This document shows positions 25,481 to 38,000 of a stretch of 64,000 nt of DNA, piece after piece. The notes beneath the pieces are model-generated. The model had not been told where the DNA came from. It saw nothing but the letters and a program-made list of their open reading frames with translations, and made no database searches. The position numbers and the translations under genes were made by a program. Within the stretch, counting starts at the first letter, position 1; the number at the start of each line of letters is the position of its first letter. The stretch is from Bilabrum cf. latius (lineage: Eukaryota), in the NCBI GenBank assembly GCA_965178125.1, contig OZ237739.1:1116001-1180000 (forward strand), given 5' to 3'.

Positions 25481-26758
25481 ATGTCGTTGGATGCCACACT
25501 CAGCCGTATTGAAGGGCATGAACTAGGAATTTCAACAACATATCTGGCTTATAGCGCGACACGACACCTGAGAGCGCGTATACACTCCGAGGAAAAGCGG
25601 CTGCAGTACGGCCAATCGAGATAGAGGGTACTTCGGCTGCGGTCCCGCTCAGAGGAAAGCAGATAGCAGGCGGTTAGTATTACTATGGATGTTGCACAAG
25701 CTCGCCGGCGGTAGGCCCGGCGGTAGCGATACCAGCTATTCCACCAGAAGAAAGCAGCTAAGGCTGTGGGGAAGCGCGGCAGAACTGTGCGCATCAGGAT
25801 CAAAAGAGCAGAGCAGCAGCTGCAGCATTCTATAGCGCTAGCGAACGAACGAGGGGTTTTGCAGACTGGCCTGCACGTGGAGCAGGCAGAGGTTCCGATT
25901 CAGCGCTTGCGCTAGCGCCTCGATGTACTCAAGAGCTCCGCGAGCTACATCGAGTAGAAGCGCTCTAGTAGCCAGTTGAGAAGTTTGGATGCAATTAAAA
26001 CTTTATCAACGTTCAGGTTGTATACGCTGCCCCAAATTCCTCTAGAAAAGGCAGGAGAGAGGAGTGGTTGGCAGAGCAGCCCTGGCTGGCCCACACGCTC
26101 AATGAAGGGAGTGTCCCGAGTGGCGATGCCAGAGGGATCAATAAGAGATAATAAATGGCATGCGCTCAGCATGGACCCTGTATATCATGGTCAGCGTTGG
26201 CCGGAGCAAGGATCCATAGGAGCAGACAGGCAGCGAGGAGGCCAGGAACTCTAGCTCAGTCGACCACCAGAGCCTCGGGGCTTAGCAGGAGCACTTAAAG
26301 CCAACAATGACTCAATTGTGCCAAAAAAGCCTGGAATAGGAGGTTTATTATGGTCCCGATCTACCCCAAGCCCTGGCTCTGCGTCGTCACCATCTGGTTC
26401 CGACGACCAAGCGGATGGCGCTCTCGGCCCTTTCGAATTGCCACGCATTACGCCACGAAGTGGCGGTGCAGCGAGCGTTCATCACCATCACGGCGACAGA
26501 AAAACGAAGTAGCTACATGATACAACTCTAGGGAGCTCTGCAGAGGTCGATCGCGCAAAGCTCTGGGAGCCAAAGCAGCCGCCTGAAGTAGCCTACCGAG
26601 TGCCACATCGGGCTGACTCGAAGGCAGGTGGTGGAAGTACAAAATACGGCGCACGGCAGGGACTGCAGCCCATCCGGATGTTAAGTCCCATCAAATCTCG
26701 GAATGGCTCGGCGAGCTCGCGCCAGCTCCTCGCCAGCATTGGTCAACAGGGACGATGA
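25481..26758 (+). CDS. Hypothetical basic, partly coiled-coil protein (425 aa), visible only when TAG is a sense codon
   Basis: Open from ATG 25481 to TGA 26756-58 with no TAA or TGA and 8 internal TAGs. Incorporates track ORFs 25976-26254 and 26318-26512 in the same frame. Confidence 0.65.
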
Positions 26759-26872
26759 TGCCAGCAGTGGTCGACAGGGACGATGATGCGGGTCAGATCT
26801 TGAGGGCTTTGTGCCATAGCTAGCGACTGCGATTGTACGAATCAATTGGTGATGAAAATTCAGAAGCACGCA

Positions 26873-29800
26873 TCAATGCACTCCACCGGATTCCCCACCA
26901 CCACGCTTGCTACCCTCCGACTGCACGGGTAACTCGTCCGGGGCTCGCTGCCGCCGCACAGTCCTCGGCAGAGTCATGCTCAGCAGCCGCCTTCGCCTGT
27001 CTTCTTGCACGCCGCTCCAGTGGTCAAAGGGCAGCGTCACAAGATCCCATCCCGAAGCTCTGAGCACGTCGTGCCTCAGCCGAGCGGCCGGCAGAGCGAA
27101 CCGGTCTCTCTGCCTGAGGTAGGCTTCCTCCTCTTTCGACATGCCGCCGTCCCGGGACCATATGCGCAGCAGAGCAGGTGGCAGTGCCGATCCACTGGCA
27201 TCTTGCTGCAGGGCTTGCACAGCTCTGTGCTCATCGGCTAGGGCAGTCGCCAGCTTTTCCTGGGCCTCAGCTACCACCATTGCGGGTGCCTTGGCTGTCT
27301 AGATCGTCTCAAGTGGCAGCCGAGGCACCAGCAACTCGCCGCTGAACTCGTCAGACTTTGGGCCGTCCGGACCGAGGGAGCCTGCCACGAGAGATCTGTG
27401 GACCTGGACAGCAGAGGCCCTTGATTTGCCTGCATGTCTGCCTCGCGCACCGCCTGTCCAGGAGTCATGGGAGACTGCAGGACTAGGTTCAGGCCCAGAG
27501 CTGGCTGTAGCGCCAACAGCCGAACTCTCTCCAGCTGTACTGCCGACGCTTTCAAGAGCATGCATGAGCGAGTTTCTGCCGTTGCTTTCGATTGAGGTGC
27601 CATCAGCTCCAGCGGCCTCGAGCCGCAGCTGCTGAGATCGCTGGTCTGGGGGCAGCTGGAACACGTCGGCAGTGTCCAGGGACTGCTCCTCGAGCGGAAT
27701 TGGGGGCTCTTCCAGCAGCTTGCTGTCGCGGGCCGGTAACTCCAACGTCTCATCGTACTCCCCATCCACGGGCTGGTCCAGCTGCCAAAGCTGCCTATGC
27801 TCGGGAAGCCGGTCCGGAGTGCCTAACATGAGATTCTGGCTGCCTGCAGCCGATACCAGCCCACCGCTGGACCTGTCGAGCTCGCGCACGCTTGCAGAGT
27901 ACTCCTCAGCCTCCTTGGCCACAGTCGCATCGATCGGTCCACCAGGCACCGGCATGGACAGTGGCACGCCAGCTGTCCCCTCTACAACGCGAGAGTGGCC
28001 TCCTTGCATTAGTGCACCCCCTTTCTTGCTTGCTGATCCGGCAGGAATTCCAAGCTGCACACCCAATGCCGGCAGCAGCACGGGAGAGCCCTTCCTTGAG
28101 CCCGGCCTCAGCTGCCTGCCAACAGGAAGGAACTGCATTTTCCCACGAATGGGTGCATTCACCGGCAGCAGGCCGATGTCCTCGGCTCGCCTGGATGCAG
28201 AGTTGCCTAGCAACTGCCGCAGCTGCTCGCTAGCCGCTACAACCCGCTCCCTGGCTTCCCGAACCGCGCTGGCCAGCAGGCGCGCGGTATCGGGTACCCG
28301 AGGGACAGGCACAAACGTACCGTCTCGTATGCTCAGTGAAGAATGGCCAGCCTCTCTGGCCTATCTAGGCTTGCGAACTACGTACGACCCCCCCAGCAGG
28401 GGCATGTGCCGGTCGGTGCTCAATGCACTTGCCAGCTCGGGCGCACCGGCCTTGGCAGGTTTGCCCCTGCGCACAACTGCGGGCAACTCGGTACCGCCAT
28501 CCCTAGATGAGGTATACCTCGGTCGCCGCCTGCCACGCCTACTTGCACTCATTGCGCGCTCCGTTGCCACAACGAGGTCATCGTCCCCGCCAGAGGCAAG
28601 GGCCCGAAGGAGCGAGCCCTCAGGTGTGTGGATCACGGCCCCGCCTCGGCCTACCCTACCCTCAAAGGACCCGCCGTCGACGCTGCCGGTGCGGACCGAC
28701 TGTGCGCGTACAGGTAGCGTAAGAATGTCTCGGATTTTCTTGGAGACACCAGGTATGGGATCACTGGCTTGACGATTTCTGCGCCCCTTGGGTGCCCTCG
28801 TGATGCCCGACTGACTTGAAGTTGCATCACCCGTTGTGGATGAGCTTCCCGCTGACAGTCGGGCATGAGTGTATGCTTCAGCCAGTGCTCGACCCGCTGC
28901 AGCTTCCAGACCGCCGCCCGCTGCAGACTTGACGCGAGCAGGGCCCAGGGCCTTGACGAGCTGGGCCAGTCGCCTGTCAAAGTCGCGCTCTAGTGCAGTG
29001 GTCATGCGGCGGCCCTCTGCCGCTCCGGCCGTCCAGTCCAGGTTCGCGCCCGCCTGCGTCGGCCTTAGCAGCTCTGCTTGACTCAGTATGTCTAGGCCAG
29101 CCTTCACTTCAGGCCAGGCAGCTGCCACTGGCAGTCCAGTATCACGCACCACTAGATCCACGATGGGAGTCATGAGACCGCTGTCCTCGACCGCGTCGCG
29201 CACAGCTACGTACTTGCTCCTGGAAGTGCGTCGCTGGGCGTGTTTCGCAACAAACGCTGATTTGCAGGCGCTCGCAGGGAGAGCCGTGTCTAGCAGCGCG
29301 GCCTGGGGGGCAAGCGGGGACAGGCGTGCCAGAGCGAGGTGCGCTAAGTGGGCAAGCGACAGTGCCTAGAGCTTGGCCTCGGCATCTGCTTCCATCCAAC
29401 CTTTCTAAAGCTGGGCCAGCGATTCACCACGTAAAGAGGCAGGCTCAGATTCCGGGCGGATTCCAGCGAAACGTAGGCTGGATTTTCCACTGAGAGAGTG
29501 AAAGATAGAGTGTCTTGGGTGCGACTGCATGCCTGCGCTTCCCTCGCTCGACAGCCCATCCCGGGGCAGCCCCACGTTCGACTGATACGTGGCAAACAGG
29601 CGTTTCTCTATCTCTGGTCTGCCCAGGCTTCTCCAGTCCACGGGGTGTGAATCCACGATCGCCTGATCAAGCAAACTCTGCGGACCAGAGTCCTTGCCTA
29701 AACCCTCGTGCTCCTGCTCATCGAGCACATCTGACAATCTCTTTGAGTGCTCCAGCCCCTCTCGCACCTTGCGGGCCGTGTCCACCCTGGACGACTCGGG

Positions 29801-31750
29801 GACGTCCATCTCCTCGTAGAATACCCTCTCCAAGTGCCCCTCAAACACAGGAGGATCCACAGCGATCCACTCTGCGTCGTCGCTCGAGTCATCCAAATCA
29901 TCACGGCCAGCGTGCTTGTCCAGGGAGCCCTCTGCGACAGGCATACTGCTGATTCTTGCCTAGGCAGGGTCCAAATCGGCTTGCTAACGGAATGAGGCTG
30001 GCAGCGCCGACTTGAATTCATCTCGCTAAGTAGCTTCTGAACTATTTTGCTGCTATACTGCGACCGCGATTGCGCGGACCACCTCCGATGGATGAAGGGG
30101 TCGCACACGAGGCACAGCAGGGGCCGAGGCAGCCACGCCAGCGGCACGACCAATTGCGGTCCAAAGCTTTCCCTGACCGTCGCCGCACCATCTTGCCATC
30201 GAAAAGGACCGCGACAAACTAGCAATGCAACTCAATGGCGCAGCTACCAGCGCACTTGTCGTGCCCTTGGGCAGCAATGGAGCGTCCAAGGACTGATGCA
30301 AGGCTGCAACTGCGTCCATCGTATCACCAGGCGAAGCGACTGCATCGATGCTAGCCCCCTAGGGCAAAGTCCCTCCTCCATCAGGCACACCAATGGCGCC
30401 GAGTGTCGCTTCAATAGATACCCTGGCTCGCTGTGTAACTTTAGAAGGAGTAATCGCTTGTTTGGACCCGATTGGATCGGTCCTCGCATGCGCTCGCAAT
30501 ACCTTGGCAGGGCTGGGACAGGCCGCGACCGCCGTGCTGAGCTCTCTAGGCAATGCAGCTCTGAGACGGGGGTCCAGGCACATGCCTTGCAGCTCTTTGA
30601 GAAGAGCGTGAGAGTGCATGTCGCTGTCTACAAGAATCCTAACAGCGTCGGCAAGCCGTACCATGCATGCGTCCACCGCCCGAATGCCGTCCAGAATCGG
30701 CAGCAGTACCCTCGATGCCCACGCGGGATCGTGCCTTGCCATCAATACAAGCGCTCCAAGTGGTCCCCTGGTGGTTGCAGCCCCGCGGCCGGACTCGATG
30801 GCGATTGCCGGCACGTCTGCCGCTGCAGCCTCCAGGGACTGCAGCTGTGCCGCTACTGTCGGCAGCACAGACGCATTGCGCAGGCACCGCACGGCTCCGA
30901 TGACGATGTCGTTGCTTCTCTTGTACAGCCTCGCGTCCTGATTTGAGATAGAGGGCGACGAGTCTAGTCCCCTGGTGACACACGCGGCGGCTCGCAACAG
31001 AGCCTCGCTCTGCTGCGCCGCTCTTGTCAACACGGCCGGGCCCGGCAACGGCTGCGAAGAAGCGTGCCCCGCATCTACGGACATCTGCAGTCGCCTCGCG
31101 TGGCGCCTATCCAGTCGAGCCAGCTCGGCGGTGCATGCGTTCAGCAAGGCCTCCACGTGGTCGCCCAGCTCCCTGGCTCCTTGGAGCGAGCCTGCGTGCC
31201 CCCTGGCGTGTATGCGGGCGGCAGAGAACGCCAAACTGGCGTCCATGAGCCTAAACCCTTTGGGTCCAAGAGATTTCCACGCGTCTAAGGCAGCTTCAGC
31301 TGGTCTTGCGTCCACCAAGACCCGCGAGAGCAGCTGCGCAGCTGGGGAATCGATTTCGGGATCCGAACCAGAGCTGCCTGAAACATCAAGGAGAGGGGCT
31401 ATACGCTCGTCAAATGCAAGTACAGCCCGTAGTGATACGCTGTCTACCTATGCTGACGGTACGACCGCTTGCTTCGTAGCTCTGGAGCCGTGCCACCGAA
31501 CGGAACGTCTCATCGGCACACTTCGCAGAGCGCGAGAGGGGCCCCCTTTCAGCTAGTCACCCGACAATACGGCTCTCATACTAATAAACTATCGAAGAGC
31601 CTAGCAGTGGATGCATCGACCCATCTGCGTTAGTCTACTCGCCTGTAGCTAGCTGTAGTTGCCTTTCGCAGAGTTCCTTGGCTTCACATATCCTAAATGT
31701 CGCAGCGTGCGCAGCAAGCTGCCAGCCTCAACAGCACACGATCGGTACAT
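26873..31750 (-). CDS. RAP-domain (FASTK-like) organellar RNA-binding protein, about 1625 aa
   Basis: ORFs ending at 27299, 28361, 29405, 30053 and 30359 are in one frame and joined by TAG. The N-terminus is R/S/L-rich and presequence-like (MYRSCAVEAGSLLRTLRHLG). The C-terminus ARLRHDVLRASGWDLVTLPFDHW matches the RAP pattern 'LKxRxLxxxGWxVvxvPyxeW'. Ends in TGA. Confidence 0.7.
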
Positions 31751-32037
31751 AATAAATATTCGTTGGCAAAATAACCGACTTCACTGCACAGAGCTGGCAT
31801 AGGCGGGAAACGAAAATTGCGTCTAGTTTCATTCGTCACATGGTGGCTTGCTCGGCCGTTTCGTTCGTTCAAATTACAACCATTAACAAGAGCTTTTGGG
31901 GAGGTTATTGATACTCTTACTGGTACTGCGTAACTATTGACTCTGTTGTCTAAGTAGTCTCGGGTTGAGACTAGAATTTTGGTGCGAGCAGTTTGAATAC
32001 AAGCAACCAGTTGCGTAGCTCCGCTGACTCGTGCGAT

Positions 32038-35000
32038 ATGGATATTTCGCAAGGGTCCATGCGGCCAACGCAGCTACGCGTTCACCGCGGCGGATCTATA
32101 GACGTTTCGTTTGAGTCTGGCGCTGGCGAACCTGGCTAGGCTTCCGTACTGTCGACATCTGGCGTTGGTGGTGCGCTTGCCAGCTATGGCGGTAGAGCGG
32201 CCGTGCGCCAAACGGTTCGAACTGCAGGCCGGGCAGCTCCAGTTGGAGACCTCAATAGGAGCCGCTTGTCTATCGGAGACCTCAGTGCATCAGCGCGAGA
32301 TCCGCGGTCAGTGTATGCCCGGCCGAGCACCAATCCCGCGGGACAGGCGGCAACTACGGCTGCAGCTAGGTCACTCATCGGGTCGTCGGCCACCGCGGCT
32401 CGCTTTGCAAGAGACTCCGAAGTTCGCAGAACGGGAGCAGCATTGGCTGGCGCGGCGTACGGAGCGGCCGCGAACTGGGCGGGCGTCGCTGAGGGCGGTG
32501 CTTCCCGGCTCGGGGAGCCCGGCCCCCGTGCTGCGTCTAGGTTCGGGGGCTAGCCCGGGCGGTCCTTTGCGGCGTACGGCAGTAAAAGCATGGCAGCGGT
32601 AACAGGGCTGGCCGCAGGGCGGGATCTAGGCAGGATGGTGGCAGAGTCGTACGATCTGGCGGCGTCTGGCAGGGGCAGGCCGGGGGCAGGTGCTGGTGCC
32701 AGTGCCGGTGCCAGTGCCAGTGCTGGTGCTGGTGCCGGTGCTGGTGCTGGTGCTGGTGCCGGTGTTGGTGCTTTCGGTGGGACGGGCATAGATGCTGCCA
32801 GGGCGGTTGGATATACCCAGGGCTACAAGATTGGATCGCTGGGGTCAAGTGCCTCGGGTGGCCGTGCTGGGACCAGCACCAGCAGTACCTCTGGCGGTGG
32901 CGCTGGTGCTGGTGCCGGGGGCGGTGCCATGCCCAGCGCCGGTGTGTCCGAGGCTGCTAGGAGGCTGCTGGCTCGCGTGGACTCGTCGACCGCCCGACTT
33001 AGGATGAAACAAACCGCAGACGCTGCTCGACGGAAGGGGCAGGCCAGCTGGGCGGCGGAGTCGTTGCGTGTGTCAGGTATGAGGGCGGACGTGGGTGTGC
33101 AGAGCCCCGACCCAGCAGCGAGAGGCAGCGGACATGGGGGCAGCGCAGTGGACAGAGGACTAGTGGCTTTGGCTAGTACTCGTGGGGATGGTGTTGAAGA
33201 GGCCAGTAGTTATGTCGATCGCAGCGCGCAGCAGCACGGTGAGTCGGGTGCTCCTGGTCCTGGCGGCAATGGCGACGAGGCCGCAGGGGCCGAGTCAGCT
33301 GCGGCAACGCGAGGCACGGCGGGGATGACGCGGTCGGGCAGCACGCCAAAGGACGGAACACTGCACGTACCGATTCCTACTGAAGACAGCAGGTAGCCGA
33401 AGGAGCCTGGCACGCGTAGCGATCGGGAAAAAGACCGCCCGCGTCACGACCAGGAGCAGGAGCAGGAGAAGGAACAGGGTCGTGGCGTCTCGCCTTCACG
33501 CGAAGCCCCTGGCGCACGCGGGTCGGCCTCATCCGAGGCAGCCGCTGCTGCAGCCTCCACGTTTGCGTCCTTCGATCCCGATGCTCTCGCATCCATGGCA
33601 GGCACGCTTGCTGAGCACGATGGTGGCTTGCATGGCGGAGACGACAACGACGCGCTGGCAGCCGCGCTCGCCGACGTTGGCCGCATTGCCAGAGGTGGGG
33701 CTGACAGGGGCAAGGAAGCGGGGCCGCAGGATGGCGGCGGTGACAGGAGCAGCAAGGGACTGCTGCCAGTGGACGACGATGAAACCGGCTCGATGGCCTA
33801 CCATGACCATGGACTGGGAGAACGGGAGGATGGACGCGGTACGGACCGGCACCAGCATGAAGCCGGCAGCCCGGGGCCTGCAGGTGGCCACCAGGCGAAA
33901 TTAAAGGCGTCCACAGGCGAGCTGCATGGCGACAGCGAGCGGCTCCGAGCCGAGTTGCGGAAAGAATCGGCCAAGTCGGAGAGGCTGGCGCAGCAGATGC
34001 AGCAGCAGCACGATGATTTCTAGGAACAGCTGAAGCAACAAGCGGCAGATCTGGGCGGCAAGCACGCCGAGGAGCTCAAGGCCGCCCAGGCCAGCTTGCG
34101 GGAGGTGCAAGGCGAATTGGCGCACATCCGGCTCAAACGAGAGGAGGACCTGGAGAGGTTCGAGGACGAGAAGAGGCAGCTGAGGGACGAGCTGCAGGAG
34201 GTGAGGGAGGGCGTGTCGTCCGAGGTCAGCAGTGCGATGGCCCAGGCCCAGGCAGCCCAAGTGCGCGCAGTCGCAGAGGCAGAGAGGGCGGCAAGGAAGA
34301 GGGGAAAGGCCGATGGTGCGGCGGAAGCCAAGAGGCAGGCTGGCGCTGACCTGGAGGTAGTCAAAGCCGAGGCCGAGCGCAGGGAGGGCGAGCTGCAGCG
34401 GCTGCTGGAGGAAGCCCGGGAGGAGGTGCTAGAGGCGGAGCGCAGACAGGAGGAGGTGCTGGGCAGGACTAAAGAAGAAGCTGGCCGGGTGGCGGGCGAG
34501 CGGATTGCGGCGCTGGAGCATGAGTTGCAGGAAGCGCAGGAAGATGCCAAGGCTATTGAGGCAGAGCGCGACGAGGCGAAAAAGCAGGCCGGCGAGGCGC
34601 GGCGCTTGGCCGAATCGGCGGTCAAGGCGTTTCGAGAGAAGGAGAAGGAGAGCCGGTCCGCTCGCGAGGAGGCGGAGTCCCGAGCCAGTCGCGCAGAGGC
34701 GGCTCTGGAATCGCTCCGACGGTCGACTGCAGAGAAGTCCACCGCCGTGGAGGAGAGCCGAGTCGCGGTGCGGGCGGCGCACGACGAGAGGGAAGCCGCC
34801 CTGAGAGAGAAGCTGGCCCTGGAGGCGGTGCTAGAGTCTGTGCGAGCCGATGCTGACCGGCAGCATGGGGAATGGAAGGAACGGTCCGAGCGCCTCGAGT
34901 CGCAGATCGAGGACCTTGATTTGCAGCTTACAGCTTCGCACAAGGAGACGGGCTCCCTGCACGAGCAGCTGGATGGGGCAGCCAAGAGGGAGAAGGATCT

Positions 35001-38000
35001 GAACCACTCCTTGCAGCTGGCGCAGGACGAACTCAAGGCGAAGGAACAGGAGCTGGAAGCAGCCAATGAGGAGGCCAAGAGGAGGCTCGAGGACGCCACC
35101 GATGAGTAGAAGAGACTGGCAATTCTGCGGCATGAGACGCTGCAAGCGCAGGCCGAGGCAGCTTCGCTCAAGGAGGAGTTGCAGGCCGCGCGCAGCGAGG
35201 CAGAGCAGCTGCGGCGGCGGGTGGGAGCAGCCGAGGCATCGGAGAAGCAGGTCAGGGCCAGGATCAACGACGCCGAGGAGCACCGAGCCAAGGCAGAGCG
35301 GCAGGCTGCGGACCTCAGTCGTAAGCTGGACGCGGCCAGCAGCCTGGCGGAACGTGAGACTGGCAGGTCAGACGAAGCCACTCGGTAGGCTTCAGCGCTC
35401 GAGGAAGCGAGGGTGACGATCGCCGCGGAGCTCCAAAGCACAAAGGACCGGCTGAATGAGACACGGGATAGGCTCCAGGCGTCGGAGGAGGCGAGGGCGG
35501 CAGCGGATCAGGCAAGTGAGGGCGAGAGGAGGGCCAGGTAGGAGGCCGAAGGGGCTCGTGATCTACTCGCGGCATGCAAGCAGAAGCAGGACGATGCTCT
35601 GGCTGAGCTGCAGCAGAGGCTGGGGCAGCTGTAGGCGGCTCTCAAGCTGGCAGAGGCAGCCAGGGACGATGCGCTCGAGGGAGTGAGAGAGCTGCAGCAG
35701 GCCAAAGACGAGAGCGAGGCACGTGCAGAGGAGCTGCACAAGGCCGTAGACTAGGCTGAGGACACGGTGGTGCAGCTCAGGGCAGAGCTTGATGAGATGT
35801 AGAAGGGGCACAATGCCGTATAGGCTCGAGCTGACGAGCTGACTGGAGAGCTGCAGGCGGCCACTAGGAGAGCTGAGGCTGCCGAGGGCCAGCTGGGGCC
35901 CTTGGAGGAGGCTCGTAGCGAGGCAGCAAGCAAGCTGAAAGATGCTGTGAGTGAGGTGGTCGAGCTGCAGCAGCGGTGCGACGCCCTAGACGAGGCAAGT
36001 CAACAGCTGGAGGCTGAACTGGGCACGGTAAAGGGGGAGCGCGATGAATTTCGATCTTCCGCAGAAAACACGGGCAAACAACTACAGCAGCTATAGATCG
36101 AATCCAGACGGCACGCTGCAGAGGCCGAAGCGGCCACGCGGGAGCTCGCTGCACGGGAAGCCGACCTTGCGGAGCAGGGCAGGGAGGACGTGGCAGCCGC
36201 CAAGGAAGCCAGGCGATAGCGAGAGATGGCGATCTAGGAGGCCGTCCGCAGGGCGAGAGTCGAGTGGGCCGATGAGGCTGACAGGCACGTCAAGCAAGCC
36301 AGGCAAGCGGGTGCCCATGAGGCCAACACACAGGCTGCGGCTGAAGCGGCTCGGCTACTGCAAGATATTCGTCGAGCGGCCGGCCTTGCCGCGGCATCGC
36401 TGCATAGCGAGGCGGAAGCCATCCAAGAAGGTGCGGGCGGCCATGGTGCTGATCCTGATAGTGCACAGGTCCAGGGCGAAGAGCTCAGTTTCGTATAGGA
36501 GGCCAGGCGCGTGCTGGATACAGGCGACCGGGCTGATGGAGGCGAGGATGGCCCTCGGCTCGAAACTGACCCCCTGGACGGAGACGCTTCGTCTGACGGC
36601 AGCGGAGCCTTTGATGCAGGTAATACAAAGAGCAAGGGCGGTGGCGCGGGCAGGTCCGGCGTGGAGGGGACACCGCTGCGGCTTCATGTGGTTGATGATG
36701 ACGACGGGGAGGAATCTGAGGGGCGGCGGTAGGGCGCATCTAGCCCCATCAGAGAACGTGATGGTGATGACGCGCAGGGCTCCGTTGACATGTCGTTGCG
36801 GCTGTCTGCGGTGTCACTTCCTGAGGGCATCGGGGCCATGGTGGCAAGGACTTCCGTGAATGCGCCGGGGGTATCCGGCGCAGGACCTTCCTCGGTGAGT
36901 GCGCCCAACTGGCGCGCACTGTTTTCTGCTGTCAGGGCGCTCTCAGCCTCGTGGCATAGAGCTGCCGCGGGCAGGGAGGAGCGGTGGGCCAGCGTGGTGG
37001 CCAGGGCCCGGCGGGAGGAAGCGGAAGTGTGGCAGGACAAGGTACGTCGGGAGCGAGAGTAGCTCGAGGCAGCAAGCGTGGGGGTGGCCAAACGGGCCGT
37101 GGAGCAGGCCAAGCAGGCGGCAGAGCAGGAGCAGATGGAGCGAGTGCAGGCTGCGGCTGATGCAGCTGCAGAGCACGCCAGGCAAACCGCCCGGGCCGAG
37201 GCCAGGGAACAATTCTCTACCGCGCTTGCCGAGGCAAGGACATTGCTGGAACGAGCAGAGCAGGAGTCAGCCGCTAACCAGCGGGACAGGGACGATGCAT
37301 TGGAGGCGAAGCGCAGCGCCGAGAAGGAGCGAAACGCCGCCCGTGACGCCGCGAAAGCCGCCGAAACGAGCCGGGACGAGCTCCTAGCAGAGCTGGCAGA
37401 GCTCCGGAAAGACTTGCAAAGAGTGCAGTCCGCCGCTGACTCGGCCAATGGGTAGCTGCAGGAGGCGAGGAGCCAGGCACGCAGGGCCATGGCCGCGGCG
37501 GAGGCAGCAGATGCCCGCGCACAGCTATCAGAACGGTCAAAGGCAGACGCGGAGGAAAAGGCGACTCGTCGAGCTCAGGCGATCCGGCGACTCGAAGGCG
37601 AGCTTGACAGTGCGGTCATGCGAGGATTGGCATCCCCGGCAGGCAAAGGGGTAGGAGCTGGGGCTGCCGCGCAGTCCAGTATGGATGGAGCAGGTGCTGC
37701 TGCATTCACGCCTTCGAAACAGGTTCAAGCACCCCAAGGTGGCTCTGCTGCAAGCGCTGAAGACGCCGAAAGTCCGTCGGCTGCCCTGGATGCCTCACGG
37801 TCCGCCATTTTGGCTCTCCGTGCCGCCGTTGATACCCATAGGCGCGAGGCGGAGGACTTGCGATCGGAGCTGGAAGCACTGCGACAGCAGGCCATGCGGC
37901 GAGGGCTGAGCGCCAACCCAGCCTTTGCCATGACCGGTGGGTCCACTATTGTGGAGGAGGACGATGTCCTGCAGGCAGTCGGCAATGCGCGGGAGGCCTT

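Noticed and set aside
32686-32772. (GGTGCY)n and (GGGGCA)n hexamer runs as telomeric or functional repeats
   Set aside because: They encode Gly-Ala tracts within reading frames and are ordinary coding microsatellites.
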